Positions 1 through 7,813 of a DNA stretch of 38,640 nucleotides are shown here, piece by piece. The position numbers and the translations under genes are program-made. The stretch is from the IMG/VR virus record IMGVR_UViG_3300024308_000004, positions 1-38,640 of that record; one strand, written 5' to 3'. A model generated the notes under the pieces. The model was not told the DNA's origin and searched no databases. It saw only the letters and a list, made by a program, of their open reading frames with translations. This stretch comes from a virus (lineage: Duplodnaviria > Heunggongvirae > Uroviricota > Caudoviricetes). The first letter of the stretch is position 1, and every line of letters begins with the position of its first letter.

Positions 1-1284
1 GGACTCGGCCGCTTCCAGGATTGCCTGCTCGGACAGGTCGGTGATGACCTGACCCGCAGGGGTCCGGGACAGTTCAGCCAGCTTGGCACGCTTGATGACT
101 TCGGCGATGACAGCCGGAATCTGCCCGTCCAGCACGGCACCGGCCTTGCTCAGGTCGGTTTCCGGACGGATCGCAACGCCACCGTACACCCGCAGGAGCT
201 TCTGGACAGCCTTCGCGTCCGGCGCCTTCACTTCGATGATCGCGTCCAGACGACCCGGGCGCAGCATCGTCGGGTTGATGTTCTCGATGTGGTTGGTGGT
301 CAGGATGGTGATGATGTTGCAGGTCTTGGTGTCGATGCCGTCGATGATGTTCAGGATATCGTCCATTTCCTGGGTACGCTCGCCCTTGAGGGCGCGGTCG
401 ATATCCTCGCAGAACACCACGCAGGCCGGTGACTGGTACTGCTTGGAGAAGGCGATAGCCTTGGCCAGTTCATCAGCGTGGGTGATGTAGATGAAGGAGA
501 TGCCGTTCTGGACAGCCTTCTTGGCAGCGACCTTCGCGCCCAGGGTCTTGCCGGTGCCGTACTTGCCGGCGAGCATCACACCGCGCTTGACGGGGACGTT
601 GTTGGCGATCAGGTCAGCGACACGCTCGATCGGCGTCAGCAGGTTGTTGGTGATCTGGGTCTGCACGTCGTCCGAGTAGATCAGCATGTTCTCGTCCACG
701 TCCGTGAGGTCCATGAACTCGGGGATCGGCATTTCCAGCGCTCCACCGTCTTCGTCGTTGAAGCGGATCTTGACCGCCTTGCCCTTGTAGATCGAGTTGG
801 TCTCCAGGTACTCGCGGGTCTTGGCGAAGATGGACTCGACCACGTCTTCGTACTTGCGCTTGACGATGCCGGCCAGAGCGAACTTGACCATCGAACCGTC
901 CCACGCGGCGCTGCACTGGATCCAGCCGCCTTCGGTGCCCGGCAGTGCGAAGCGGCCCCACGGAACCTTCTTGAACTGCTTCGGAGCCACTTCGATGTTG
1001 ATGAGCTTGGGCGGCTGCTTGCCGAAGAAGCCCGGGGTCGGCTCAGCGATGGACCAACCGAACTGCTTTTCCAGCACTTCGTTGATGGCGTTGGCGCCGT
1101 CGTAGGGGAAGTACGCGAACTGCTGGGAGAAGTTCATCTCCTCTTCCAGGTACGTCTGACGACGTTCCAGGGTGGCGATCGCTTCGTCCAGGTTCATGCC
1201 GACCGGCAGGGTGATCTGCTCGCCGTGATGCACAACCTTTGCGATTGCGATGTTCTGCGGGACTTCCTTCAGGGTGTTACCCAT
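1..1284 (-). CDS. AAA+ ATPase, classical clade (3' end outside the window)
   Basis: Manual translation from ATG at 1284 (MGNTLKEVPQNIAIAKVVHHGEQITLP...) stays open to base 1 (428 codons). Walker A GKYGTGKT, Walker B VVFCEDID, sensor LTTN, SRH LRPGRLD. Absent from the ORF track because it has no stop in the window. Confidence 0.93.
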   Translation of the reverse strand, partial: MGNTLKEVPQNIAIAKVVHHGEQITLPVGMNLDEAIATLERRQTYLEEEMNFSQQFAYFPYDGANAINEVLEKQFGWSIAEPTPGFFGKQPPKLINIEVAPKQFKKVPWGRFALPGTEGGWIQCSAAWDGSMVKFALAGIVKRKYEDVVESIFAKTREYLETNSIYKGKAVKIRFNDEDGGALEMPIPEFMDLTDVDENMLIYSDDVQTQITNNLLTPIERVADLIANNVPVKRGVMLAGKYGTGKTLGAKVAAKKAVQNGISFIYITHADELAKAIAFSKQYQSPACVVFCEDIDRALKGERTQEMDDILNIIDGIDTKTCNIITILTTNHIENINPTMLRPGRLDAIIEVKAPDAKAVQKLLRVYGGVAIRPETDLSKAGAVLDGQIPAVIAEVIKRAKLAELSRTPAGQVITDLSEQAILEAAES

Positions 1285-1404
1285 GATTGCTTGCCTTTTG
1301 TTGTGTGAGATTTGAGTGGTTGACGCTGCGCAGCGCTTGTTTAAAGCATGTCTGCGCGACGTGATGACACTATAACTGAGGGTTCTCGCGGGTGTACTTG
1401 GAAA

Positions 1405-1869
1405 TTACGCTACGCCGTAAAATCGATGCCCGCGATACTGGCACAGATAGGGGAGTCGTGTAGACCAACCCGGTGGACGGCGTACTACCTTAGGAGCATA
1501 AAAGTATTCCGCTCCGGTACATGAGCCAAAGTCATATGCACCTGCATAGACTCGGTTGACTACCCTTACTGCTACTGCCCATGCGTCGGGGTTTTTCGCG
1601 CTGGGGTTCCGGCCCTTTGGCCAATTGAGAACGCCGTGGAACTGTGACGGCGCGTATGCGATGTTGCATACCGAGGTCTTACGTGTTTTGGCGCGATTAA
1701 GCACCGTATGGACTACAAGAGCCATTCCATGTTCACCTTCGGCACGTGCTTCGGTGAACGCTGTCAAAGCCAGACAAAATTCGTCGGACTTGGTTTGCTG
1801 TACGGCATGAGCCGAAGCGCTGACACCAAAGAACAACATGGTGGCCAGCAGGATCGAGCGGATACGCAT
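1405..1869 (-). CDS. SleB/CwlJ-like cell wall hydrolase (Hydrolase_2-like) with signal peptide
   Basis: Motif CLALTAFTEARAEG...VVHTVLNR...QF...GAEYFY...HRFY. N-terminus MRIRSILLATMLFFGVSASAHA resembles a Sec signal. RBS AAGGAGG precedes ATG 1869 (the track starts at 1914). Confidence 0.85.
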   Translation of the reverse strand: MRIRSILLATMLFFGVSASAHAVQQTKSDEFCLALTAFTEARAEGEHGMALVVHTVLNRAKTRKTSVCNIAYAPSQFHGVLNWPKGRNPSAKNPDAWAVAVRVVNRVYAGAYDFGSCTGAEYFYAPKVVRRPPGWSTRLPYLCQYRGHRFYGVA

Positions 1870-1934
1870 AAGCATTCCCTCCTTTACGCTGTGTGTATAT
1901 AAATGAACGCACACGCGCGCGAGAGTACCCTCAT

Positions 1935-1970
1935 AAAAAGGAAAAGCCCCGATGGGTGAGCATCGGGGCT
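1935..1970 (-). terminator. Rho-independent terminator, minus strand
   Basis: Minus strand reads AGCCCCGATG-CTCACC-CATCGGGGCT then TTTCCTTTTT, downstream of the helicase/small-ORF unit. Confidence 0.88.
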
Positions 1971-2025
1971 ATCTCTACGCGCTCACGTCACGATGACACA
2001 AGCGCTATTTGGGTGTTACAACTAC

Positions 2026-2310
2026 TTACAGGCTACCCTTGGCTTCCTTGAGCAGTTTTTCCAGCTGACCCACCGACAGACCGGCAGTCAGGTCTTCCAG
2101 CAGCTTGCGCTTTGCAGCCGTTTCAGCAGCCGTCGCCTTGCGCTTGGACACGATTTCCTGGAGTGCAGCAGCCAGGCGAACCTTGTCAACCGTCTGGATC
2201 ATACCATCAACCAGTTCTTGCTGGGTCACATCGAAGTTCTGAGCAAGCCGCATCAGGTGTGCATGGCACTCCGCAGTCAGCATCAGAGATTTACGTCCAT
2301 CACTTGCCAT
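2026..2310 (-). CDS. Small hypothetical protein, possible RHH-like DNA-binding protein
   Basis: ATG 2310 follows GAGG, which overlaps the helicase stop. N-terminal RKSLML then amphipathic helices and a basic C-terminus; the fold call is inference. Confidence 0.6.
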   Translation of the reverse strand: MASDGRKSLMLTAECHAHLMRLAQNFDVTQQELVDGMIQTVDKVRLAAALQEIVSKRKATAAETAAKRKLLEDLTAGLSVGQLEKLLKEAKGSL

Positions 2311-2315
2311 GTTTG

Positions 2316-3806
2316 TCACCTCTTGTAATCGAAATCAGCACCGTTGAGTATATTTTCGGCGAATCCTGGGGTGCTTTCCAAGATATACCGGCGTTGGTCG
2401 CTATGCCCTTGCAGGTGCTTGTTGAAGGTATCCTCGAATTCCAGGATGTAAGCCTTATTAGCCATCCCCTTGGGCTTCCGACGCAGACCACGACCGATCC
2501 GTTGACGTAATGCTACCTCAGCTTTGCCTGCGCCCGCAAGTACCACCATGCCCACAGCGGGCACGTCAACACCCACGTCCATGATGGTGGAGCCAATCAG
2601 CACGTCGATTTTGCCGTCTCGCAGGTCGTTCAGGGCGCTTTGTCGCTGATCCCGGGACGAATTACCCTGAATGTACTTGACACGGACGCCTCTAGCAGCG
2701 ATAGCCTTACGTAGGATATCCCCGTGATCTGTACGCTGGACCAGAACCATGCACGACAATCCGGCTTTTACTGCCGCATCGACTTCATCCACGATGATCC
2801 CGTTGCGTTCTTCCGCCTCAACGATCCCGTATTTGTAAGCCAGTTGCCAATTACTGGTCTTACGCACGCGCGCAGGCGGTCTTAACTTAACGATTTTGAA
2901 CTGTGGAGTGGCCAAAATACCCTTGTCGATCAGTTCCTTTTCGGTTACGCGGATACCAATGGGCCCTGAAACAGCCATCAGGCGCATATTGGCTTCCTCG
3001 TCTTCGCGCATGAAGGGCGTTGCGGTCAGAGCCAAGCGATAAACGGCATTCTTACAGGCGTTCAGGATGGTGTAGTACCCTTCACCTGAGGATTCATGGG
3101 CTTCTTCCAGGATCACAAACTCAAAATGCTCAAGGATCTTCCGCATCTTGGGTTCAGTAGCCGGGTCTTTCAGCTTCGCCATGATGGTTTGCACCATTGC
3201 CACGTTCAAGTGTGGAGAAACTTGCCATTCCGAGTCACCCATGACACCACAATAGACCTTATCCAAGCCCTCTTCGCCTTGAGACTTGCGGTAGTTGATG
3301 GATTTGTCGAAGGCGCGCTTCATTTGGTGCATCAGGACGCTGCGAGTGGTCAAGAACAGCGTTGGGCGCTTGATTTTGGCGAACGCGAGCGCACCGATAC
3401 GCGACTTACCACCACCGGTAGCAACCTGCGCGATCATTGCTCGGTGCTTAATCAGGTTGTTAACCGTCTTGTACTGGTAGTCATATTCCTCGGTGTAGCC
3501 GAATTCATCGATCTGCGGATCCTTTTCACCGAGCGGTTCGGGTGCGGGGTTGCGAATCAGGGAGACTTGATGGCCCTTTTGTTTGAGGTGCGAGATAACC
3601 AGATGCACCAGGCCAGCCGGAAACACTGCCCGATCATATACAAACAGGGTACTGCGGCCCGACCACGTGCCAGCCTTGAACGAACTGGAGTGTTCAGCAC
3701 CCGCGATCTGGAACGAAAGCAGGTCCGATAACTCCAATTTCAGGTCATCATCAATGTCCAACACGCGCGCATTGACGGCGTTGGCTGCGATACGGATATT
3801 TGCCAT
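2316..3806 (-). CDS. Superfamily 2 (DEAD/DEAH-like, UvsW/ResIII-type) helicase
   Basis: Motif I ATGGGKS, motif II ILEEAHE, motif III LTATP, motif V GVDVP, motif VI QRIGRGLR. Confidence 0.92.
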   Translation of the reverse strand: MANIRIAANAVNARVLDIDDDLKLELSDLLSFQIAGAEHSSSFKAGTWSGRSTLFVYDRAVFPAGLVHLVISHLKQKGHQVSLIRNPAPEPLGEKDPQIDEFGYTEEYDYQYKTVNNLIKHRAMIAQVATGGGKSRIGALAFAKIKRPTLFLTTRSVLMHQMKRAFDKSINYRKSQGEEGLDKVYCGVMGDSEWQVSPHLNVAMVQTIMAKLKDPATEPKMRKILEHFEFVILEEAHESSGEGYYTILNACKNAVYRLALTATPFMREDEEANMRLMAVSGPIGIRVTEKELIDKGILATPQFKIVKLRPPARVRKTSNWQLAYKYGIVEAEERNGIIVDEVDAAVKAGLSCMVLVQRTDHGDILRKAIAARGVRVKYIQGNSSRDQRQSALNDLRDGKIDVLIGSTIMDVGVDVPAVGMVVLAGAGKAEVALRQRIGRGLRRKPKGMANKAYILEFEDTFNKHLQGHSDQRRYILESTPGFAENILNGADFDYKR

Positions 3807-3880
3807 ATGTAGGTATTGTGTATTAGGTGAAATTAGCTTTATACTACCATCCTATGTGGCACACCTACAACAGGAATTCC
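3807..3880. promoter_or_regulatory. Divergent promoter region between the helicase (-) and the ParB operon (+)
   Basis: AT-rich 74-bp gap. Plus strand TTGTGT-N18-TATACT; minus strand extended -10 TGGTAGTAT. Confidence 0.5.
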
Positions 3881-4549
3881 ATGGAAACCATTAAAATCAA
3901 CCCCAAAGACCTCCAATTCTCTCCGTGGAACGTCAACACGGTGTCACCCGAGAACATGGAGAAGCTGAAAAAGTCGGTCGAACGTAACGGTATCTTCCGG
4001 CCCGTCGTCGTGCGCGAATTAGCAGACGGCACACATGAAGTTATCGCGGGTGAACACACCACGCGCGTGGCTATCGAACTGGGTCACGAAACCATTGACG
4101 TGTATAACTTGGGTGTCATTTCAGACCTCAAGGCAAAAGAGATTTCCATTATCGACAACCAGCACTTCGGTGTTGAGGATCAGTTCGGTATGGGTAAAAT
4201 CCTGCAAGAAATTCAGGACTCGGGCGACGTGATGGTCGGCGAATTCCTGCCGTTCAGCGACCGTGATCTGAATACCATCTTCCGGAGCACCAAGATTGAC
4301 CTGGAGACTCTGGATTTGGACGAAGAAGTCGATTCTCTGATCCCAGACTATCGCCCAGAAGACTCGGTTGCACGCGCTCCCGTTACGCACCAACAAATGC
4401 GGTTCAAAGTCCCACTCAAGGATGCTGAATTCGTGACCCGTGTAATCGAAGGCATCATCAAACGTCAGGGCTTGAAGCAGTCCGACTCCCTCGCATCTGC
4501 CGGTGACGCGCTTGTCTGGCTGTGCAATAACCGTGGTACGGAGGAATAA
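3881..4549 (+). CDS. ParB/Sulfiredoxin-like N-terminal domain protein (copy 1)
   Basis: SPWNVN...LKKSVERNGIFRPVVVRE...VIAGEHTTR...IIDN. Start moved to ATG 3881 after AGGA. Confidence 0.88.
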   Translation: METIKINPKDLQFSPWNVNTVSPENMEKLKKSVERNGIFRPVVVRELADGTHEVIAGEHTTRVAIELGHETIDVYNLGVISDLKAKEISIIDNQHFGVEDQFGMGKILQEIQDSGDVMVGEFLPFSDRDLNTIFRSTKIDLETLDLDEEVDSLIPDYRPEDSVARAPVTHQQMRFKVPLKDAEFVTRVIEGIIKRQGLKQSDSLASAGDALVWLCNNRGTEE

Positions 4550-5232
4550 TGGCTAAGCATCAACCCAAAATCCAGATGATGGACATTAACAAGATTTTCC
4601 CGTATGAAAAGAACGCGAAAATCCACACAGAAACGCAGGTTGCGTCGCTGGTGAAGGTCATTCAAACACAAGGCTGGGATGTGCCTATCGTCGTTGATCG
4701 TAACGGCGTGGTCATCAAGGGCCATGGTCGCCGTCTCGCAGCCCTGTCTATGGGGCTGAAAGAAGTACCGGTGATCGTTCGTGACGATCTGACCGATGAA
4801 CAAGTCAAGGCGGCGCGCCTGTCGGATAACCGAGTTGCTATGGGTGACTTTGACGTGAACCTGATGAAGGACGAACTGGCTGAACTGAATGATGGTGGTT
4901 TCGACATGACTTCCATGGGCTTTGGCGACAAAGAACTGGACATGATGATCGGCGACCTCGACAAGATCGACGTGACCGTGTTCGATGAAGCCCCAAGCAC
5001 GCCAGAAGCTCACCAGAACGCCCCTGCTGCGATTGCAGACGCTACCCCTAGCGAAGATGCTCCCAAAGAGAAAGCGCTGCTGGTGACTGATCTGCTGGGT
5101 TTTAAGCACGTCCCCGCAAAATACAAAAACGCCCTGGTGGAGTTCTTAGCCAAAGCCGAAGAAGCGACCAGCAAAGTTGGCGCGGAAGCATTTGGTGAGT
5201 TCATCGAGGCACTGGTAAACGGAGAGTTCTAA
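4549..5232 (+). CDS. ParB/Sulfiredoxin-like N-terminal domain protein (copy 2)
   Basis: PYEKNAKIH...GWDVPIVVDRNGVVIKGHGRRLAA...ARLSDNR; TAATG overlap with the previous gene. Confidence 0.92.
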   Translation: MAKHQPKIQMMDINKIFPYEKNAKIHTETQVASLVKVIQTQGWDVPIVVDRNGVVIKGHGRRLAALSMGLKEVPVIVRDDLTDEQVKAARLSDNRVAMGDFDVNLMKDELAELNDGGFDMTSMGFGDKELDMMIGDLDKIDVTVFDEAPSTPEAHQNAPAAIADATPSEDAPKEKALLVTDLLGFKHVPAKYKNALVEFLAKAEEATSKVGAEAFGEFIEALVNGEF

Positions 5233-6020
5233 TGAAACTTCAAGTATCCAAGTCGTTTGACACCGGGACTGTTAAATCACCCCGCGTGCTGGAAGTCGCC
5301 GAGGCTTTTGGACTTGGACTCACCGACAAGAAGTTCGTGGTGTACGAGAACCTGGAAGTGGATATCGAGCCTGGCGACGTGGTTTACGTCACAGGCCAGT
5401 CCGGTTCAGGTAAGTCGCTCCTGCTGCGCGATCTGTCCGCGCAGCTCAGGAACGCAGGTAAGCACGTTTACGACATTGCCGATGTGCCCATGCTGGAAGA
5501 ACCCCTGGTAGATCAGATTGGTGCCGACACCAACGAGGCCCTGGCCCTGCTTTCACAAGCCGGTGTGACTGACGCCTATCTGTTCGTTCGCAACCCTTCG
5601 CAGTTGTCTGACGGTCAGAAGTACCGCTTCAAGCTCGCCAAATTGATCGAGTCGGGCGCAGAAGTCTGGATTGCGGACGAATTCGCTGCGGTGCTGGATC
5701 GTGACATGGCTAAAGTGGTCGCTTACAACATTGCCAAAGCTGCGCGTGCAGCCGGAGCGATCTTGCTGGTTGCTACTACTCACACTGACCTCCGGGAGTA
5801 CCTGGGTGCCAGCATCACCATTGAGAAGCTGTACGGTACGCGTGTAGACGTTCGCCGTTACGCATGGAGTAAGGAAGATGAACGAATTGAATTGCCTGCC
5901 ACGCCCGAGCCTGCTCCAAAGCCTGAACGCAAGCCCCGAGTTCCAGCAGGAGACAAGCCAAAGCGAGTGGGTCGTCCAAAGAAGCCCAAAGACGGACACG
6001 AAGTTCCCGCTGCTGGCTGA
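5232..6020 (+). CDS. Stand-alone ABC-type ATPase (no permease partner)
   Basis: Walker A GQSGSGKS, signature LSDGQ, Walker B WIADEF, H-loop ATTH; Pro/Lys-rich tail. Confidence 0.9.
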   Translation: MKLQVSKSFDTGTVKSPRVLEVAEAFGLGLTDKKFVVYENLEVDIEPGDVVYVTGQSGSGKSLLLRDLSAQLRNAGKHVYDIADVPMLEEPLVDQIGADTNEALALLSQAGVTDAYLFVRNPSQLSDGQKYRFKLAKLIESGAEVWIADEFAAVLDRDMAKVVAYNIAKAARAAGAILLVATTHTDLREYLGASITIEKLYGTRVDVRRYAWSKEDERIELPATPEPAPKPERKPRVPAGDKPKRVGRPKKPKDGHEVPAAG

Positions 6021-6831
6021 CATGTATATCGAGCGGGGCACCAAGGAAGACTGGGACGTTCTGCACGAATTCCATTACAAGTCTGAGGGCTCTGCAATGG
6101 GTGCGCGTTATTACCGAGTCATGCTCGGTAAGATGCTCGTAGGTGTTTGTGTGATGTGTTACCCGCGTGGTCTGCTCAAGGATCGCCACAAGATGTGGCC
6201 CGCGATCAAGCCTGACGGTGATGACAACAAGATCACCAACACCTATCGATACAAGTGGCTGAACGCCAATGTTTCGCTGAACGCCCGGACTGTGAACGAT
6301 CCGTTGTTTCGCGGTATTGGCTTGGGCTACCGGATGTTGAATCTCGCCTCGCGCATGGACGGTCGTAAGTGGTGTGAGATTCAAAGCTCCATGTCCAAGT
6401 TCAATGGGTTCGCCCATAAAGCCGGTTATCAGTTCGTCGCTCCGAGTCCTAGCAAGTTCTACGACAAGGGTGTCGAGTTCTACGGTAAGTGGTTTGAATC
6501 AAACCCGGTCGACCAGGTAGCGCTGCTGGAAGAACTGAATGCCATGTCCCCGGCTGTACGTGAAAGGACATTGAAAGAAATGCGGCTTTTCTATTGGAAG
6601 CACTCCGCCCTGGAAAAGACCGGTAACAATCGCAACAAGGGTACGTCCCGGGTTGATGCGATGGAAGGCAAGGAGCTAATCAAGAATATCAACCAGCTGG
6701 CGTTTTCCAGTCCGCTGTTTGGTTCATACAAAAACCCTGACGCAGGGCGCATCATCCCGGAACGATTGCCGTTGATTGCGTTTGACGAACAGGGAGTAAA
6801 CGAACCTCTCAAGCGAGGGATGGATAAATGA
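5878..6831 (+). CDS. GNAT-fold acetyltransferase-like protein (start 5878 or 6022)
   Basis: Acetyl-CoA-binding motif A RTVNDPLFRGIGLGYRML and downstream NGFAHKAGYQF. ATG 5878 has GGAGTAAGGAAG upstream; ATG 6022 directly follows the ATPase stop. Confidence 0.72.
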   Translation: MNELNCLPRPSLLQSLNASPEFQQETSQSEWVVQRSPKTDTKFPLLADMYIERGTKEDWDVLHEFHYKSEGSAMGARYYRVMLGKMLVGVCVMCYPRGLLKDRHKMWPAIKPDGDDNKITNTYRYKWLNANVSLNARTVNDPLFRGIGLGYRMLNLASRMDGRKWCEIQSSMSKFNGFAHKAGYQFVAPSPSKFYDKGVEFYGKWFESNPVDQVALLEELNAMSPAVRERTLKEMRLFYWKHSALEKTGNNRNKGTSRVDAMEGKELIKNINQLAFSSPLFGSYKNPDAGRIIPERLPLIAFDEQGVNEPLKRGMDK

Positions 6832-7091
6832 GACTGACCGATAACCAACTGAAAATCTTAAAGGTTCTGAGTGACAAGAACCCTGATGGCACCGATGTTG
6901 ACCTGGACCAATTGCTGGACCGGTTAGCCGAGGAGTTCGACTGGGTGACGACCAAAGCTGCGTTGCAGTGGTCACTCCGGCAACTGATTTCCATGGAGCT
7001 TGTAGAACGCATGGAAAAAGAAGTCCGGCGTAAGCGAGCCCGGCGAATCCTGAAACTCTCCGGTCTGGGCATGAAAGTCATGGGCCCGTGA
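6828..7091 (+). CDS. Winged helix-turn-helix protein, putative transcription regulator
   Basis: LTDNQLKILKVL...LDQLLDRL...TKAALQWSLRQLISMELVER...LKLSGLG is a LexA/MarR-like wHTH pattern; ATGA overlap with the GNAT gene. Confidence 0.72.
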   Translation: MRLTDNQLKILKVLSDKNPDGTDVDLDQLLDRLAEEFDWVTTKAALQWSLRQLISMELVERMEKEVRRKRARRILKLSGLGMKVMGP

Positions 7092-7131
7092 AGCGACTCA
7101 CCAGTAAAAGCTAGAAGCTAGTAAGGTGTTA

Positions 7132-7204
7132 AACCTTGAAAGCAAAGCTGAAAGTCAAAAGCATTATACTGGGGTTTTTGAAGAATTAGCCCAGCCCGGG
7201 CCCA
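7132..7204 (-). repeat. Copy A of a bipartite inverted repeat/promoter-like element
   Basis: AGTCAAAAGCATTATACTGG (7153-7172), a 17-nt spacer, then CCCAGCCCGGGCCCA (7190-7204); both blocks are exact reverse complements of blocks at 32543-32594. Confidence 0.9.
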
Positions 7205-7219
7205 AATAAAGAGGGAAAG

Positions 7220-7813
7220 ATGGCAAGACTTACAAAACATGAGTGGCTCGAAGCCGAAGAAATGTACCGGCAGGGCTACACTCAGAAGCAGATTGCGGAG
7301 AAATTTGGGTGCCGGATTGAAACCGTTTCCCTTCACATGAATAAGGTGAAGGTAAAGGGTGGTGAATCGGTCGATGTAGTTAAACAAGAGATGGAAGCGG
7401 CAGTCAACCGGAAGGTAAAAGAGTTCGCCGACAAGCGAGCGTCCCGGCAAATCGACGCCAAAGAACGTTTCCATACCCTGACAACCACCATGATTTCCCT
7501 GTTTGTCAAGGAAATCAAAGACGCTCAGGCAGCCGGTAAGTCTTTAAGCTCCTTATCTGGTCATGCGAAAGCCCTTAAAGAAGCTATGTTCGCCTTACAG
7601 CTTGCCCGCAAAGAAGCGTATGTCATCCTGGATATCAAGGAAGACGATAACGGTGATGAAATGCCGGACCTGATGGTGTCGACCATGTCTGCGGAAGAAG
7701 AAGACCGTATTCGTGGTGCCAAGGGTATTTCGGAAGAAGATGAAGAAATGGAAGATATCCATGAAATGGAAGAGAACGCACTGGAGGACGAATTGAATGC
7801 CGGCCAAGAGTAA
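7220..7813 (+). CDS. terS: Terminase small subunit
   Basis: N-terminal HTH (EMYRQGYTQKQIAEKFGCRIETVS), helical core, acidic tail; overlaps TerL. Confidence 0.75.
   Translation: MARLTKHEWLEAEEMYRQGYTQKQIAEKFGCRIETVSLHMNKVKVKGGESVDVVKQEMEAAVNRKVKEFADKRASRQIDAKERFHTLTTTMISLFVKEIKDAQAAGKSLSSLSGHAKALKEAMFALQLARKEAYVILDIKEDDNGDEMPDLMVSTMSAEEEDRIRGAKGISEEDEEMEDIHEMEENALEDELNAGQE

Noticed and set aside
478-1308. 276-aa plus-strand ORF (and 83-490)
   Set aside because: Antisense shadow of the codon-biased AAA+ ATPase; no motifs.
1324-1350. 12-bp palindrome CGCTGCGCAGCG and possible leader structure before the AAA+ gene
   Set aside because: Single occurrence, GC-rich, no recognisable riboswitch or second copy.
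3881-5232. ParB genes as a plasmid partition system
   Set aside because: Only the N-terminal ParB/Srx domain is evident, with no ParA and no parS-like array; the pattern fits packaging-associated ParB-like proteins.
5232-6020. ABC ATPase as part of a membrane transporter
   Set aside because: No permease or substrate-binding gene nearby; the context is DNA packaging.
7081-7112. Possible third copy of the bipartite element (TGGGCCCG...CCAGTAAAAGC)
   Set aside because: Partial match, wrong spacing, and partly within the wHTH coding end; may be chance.
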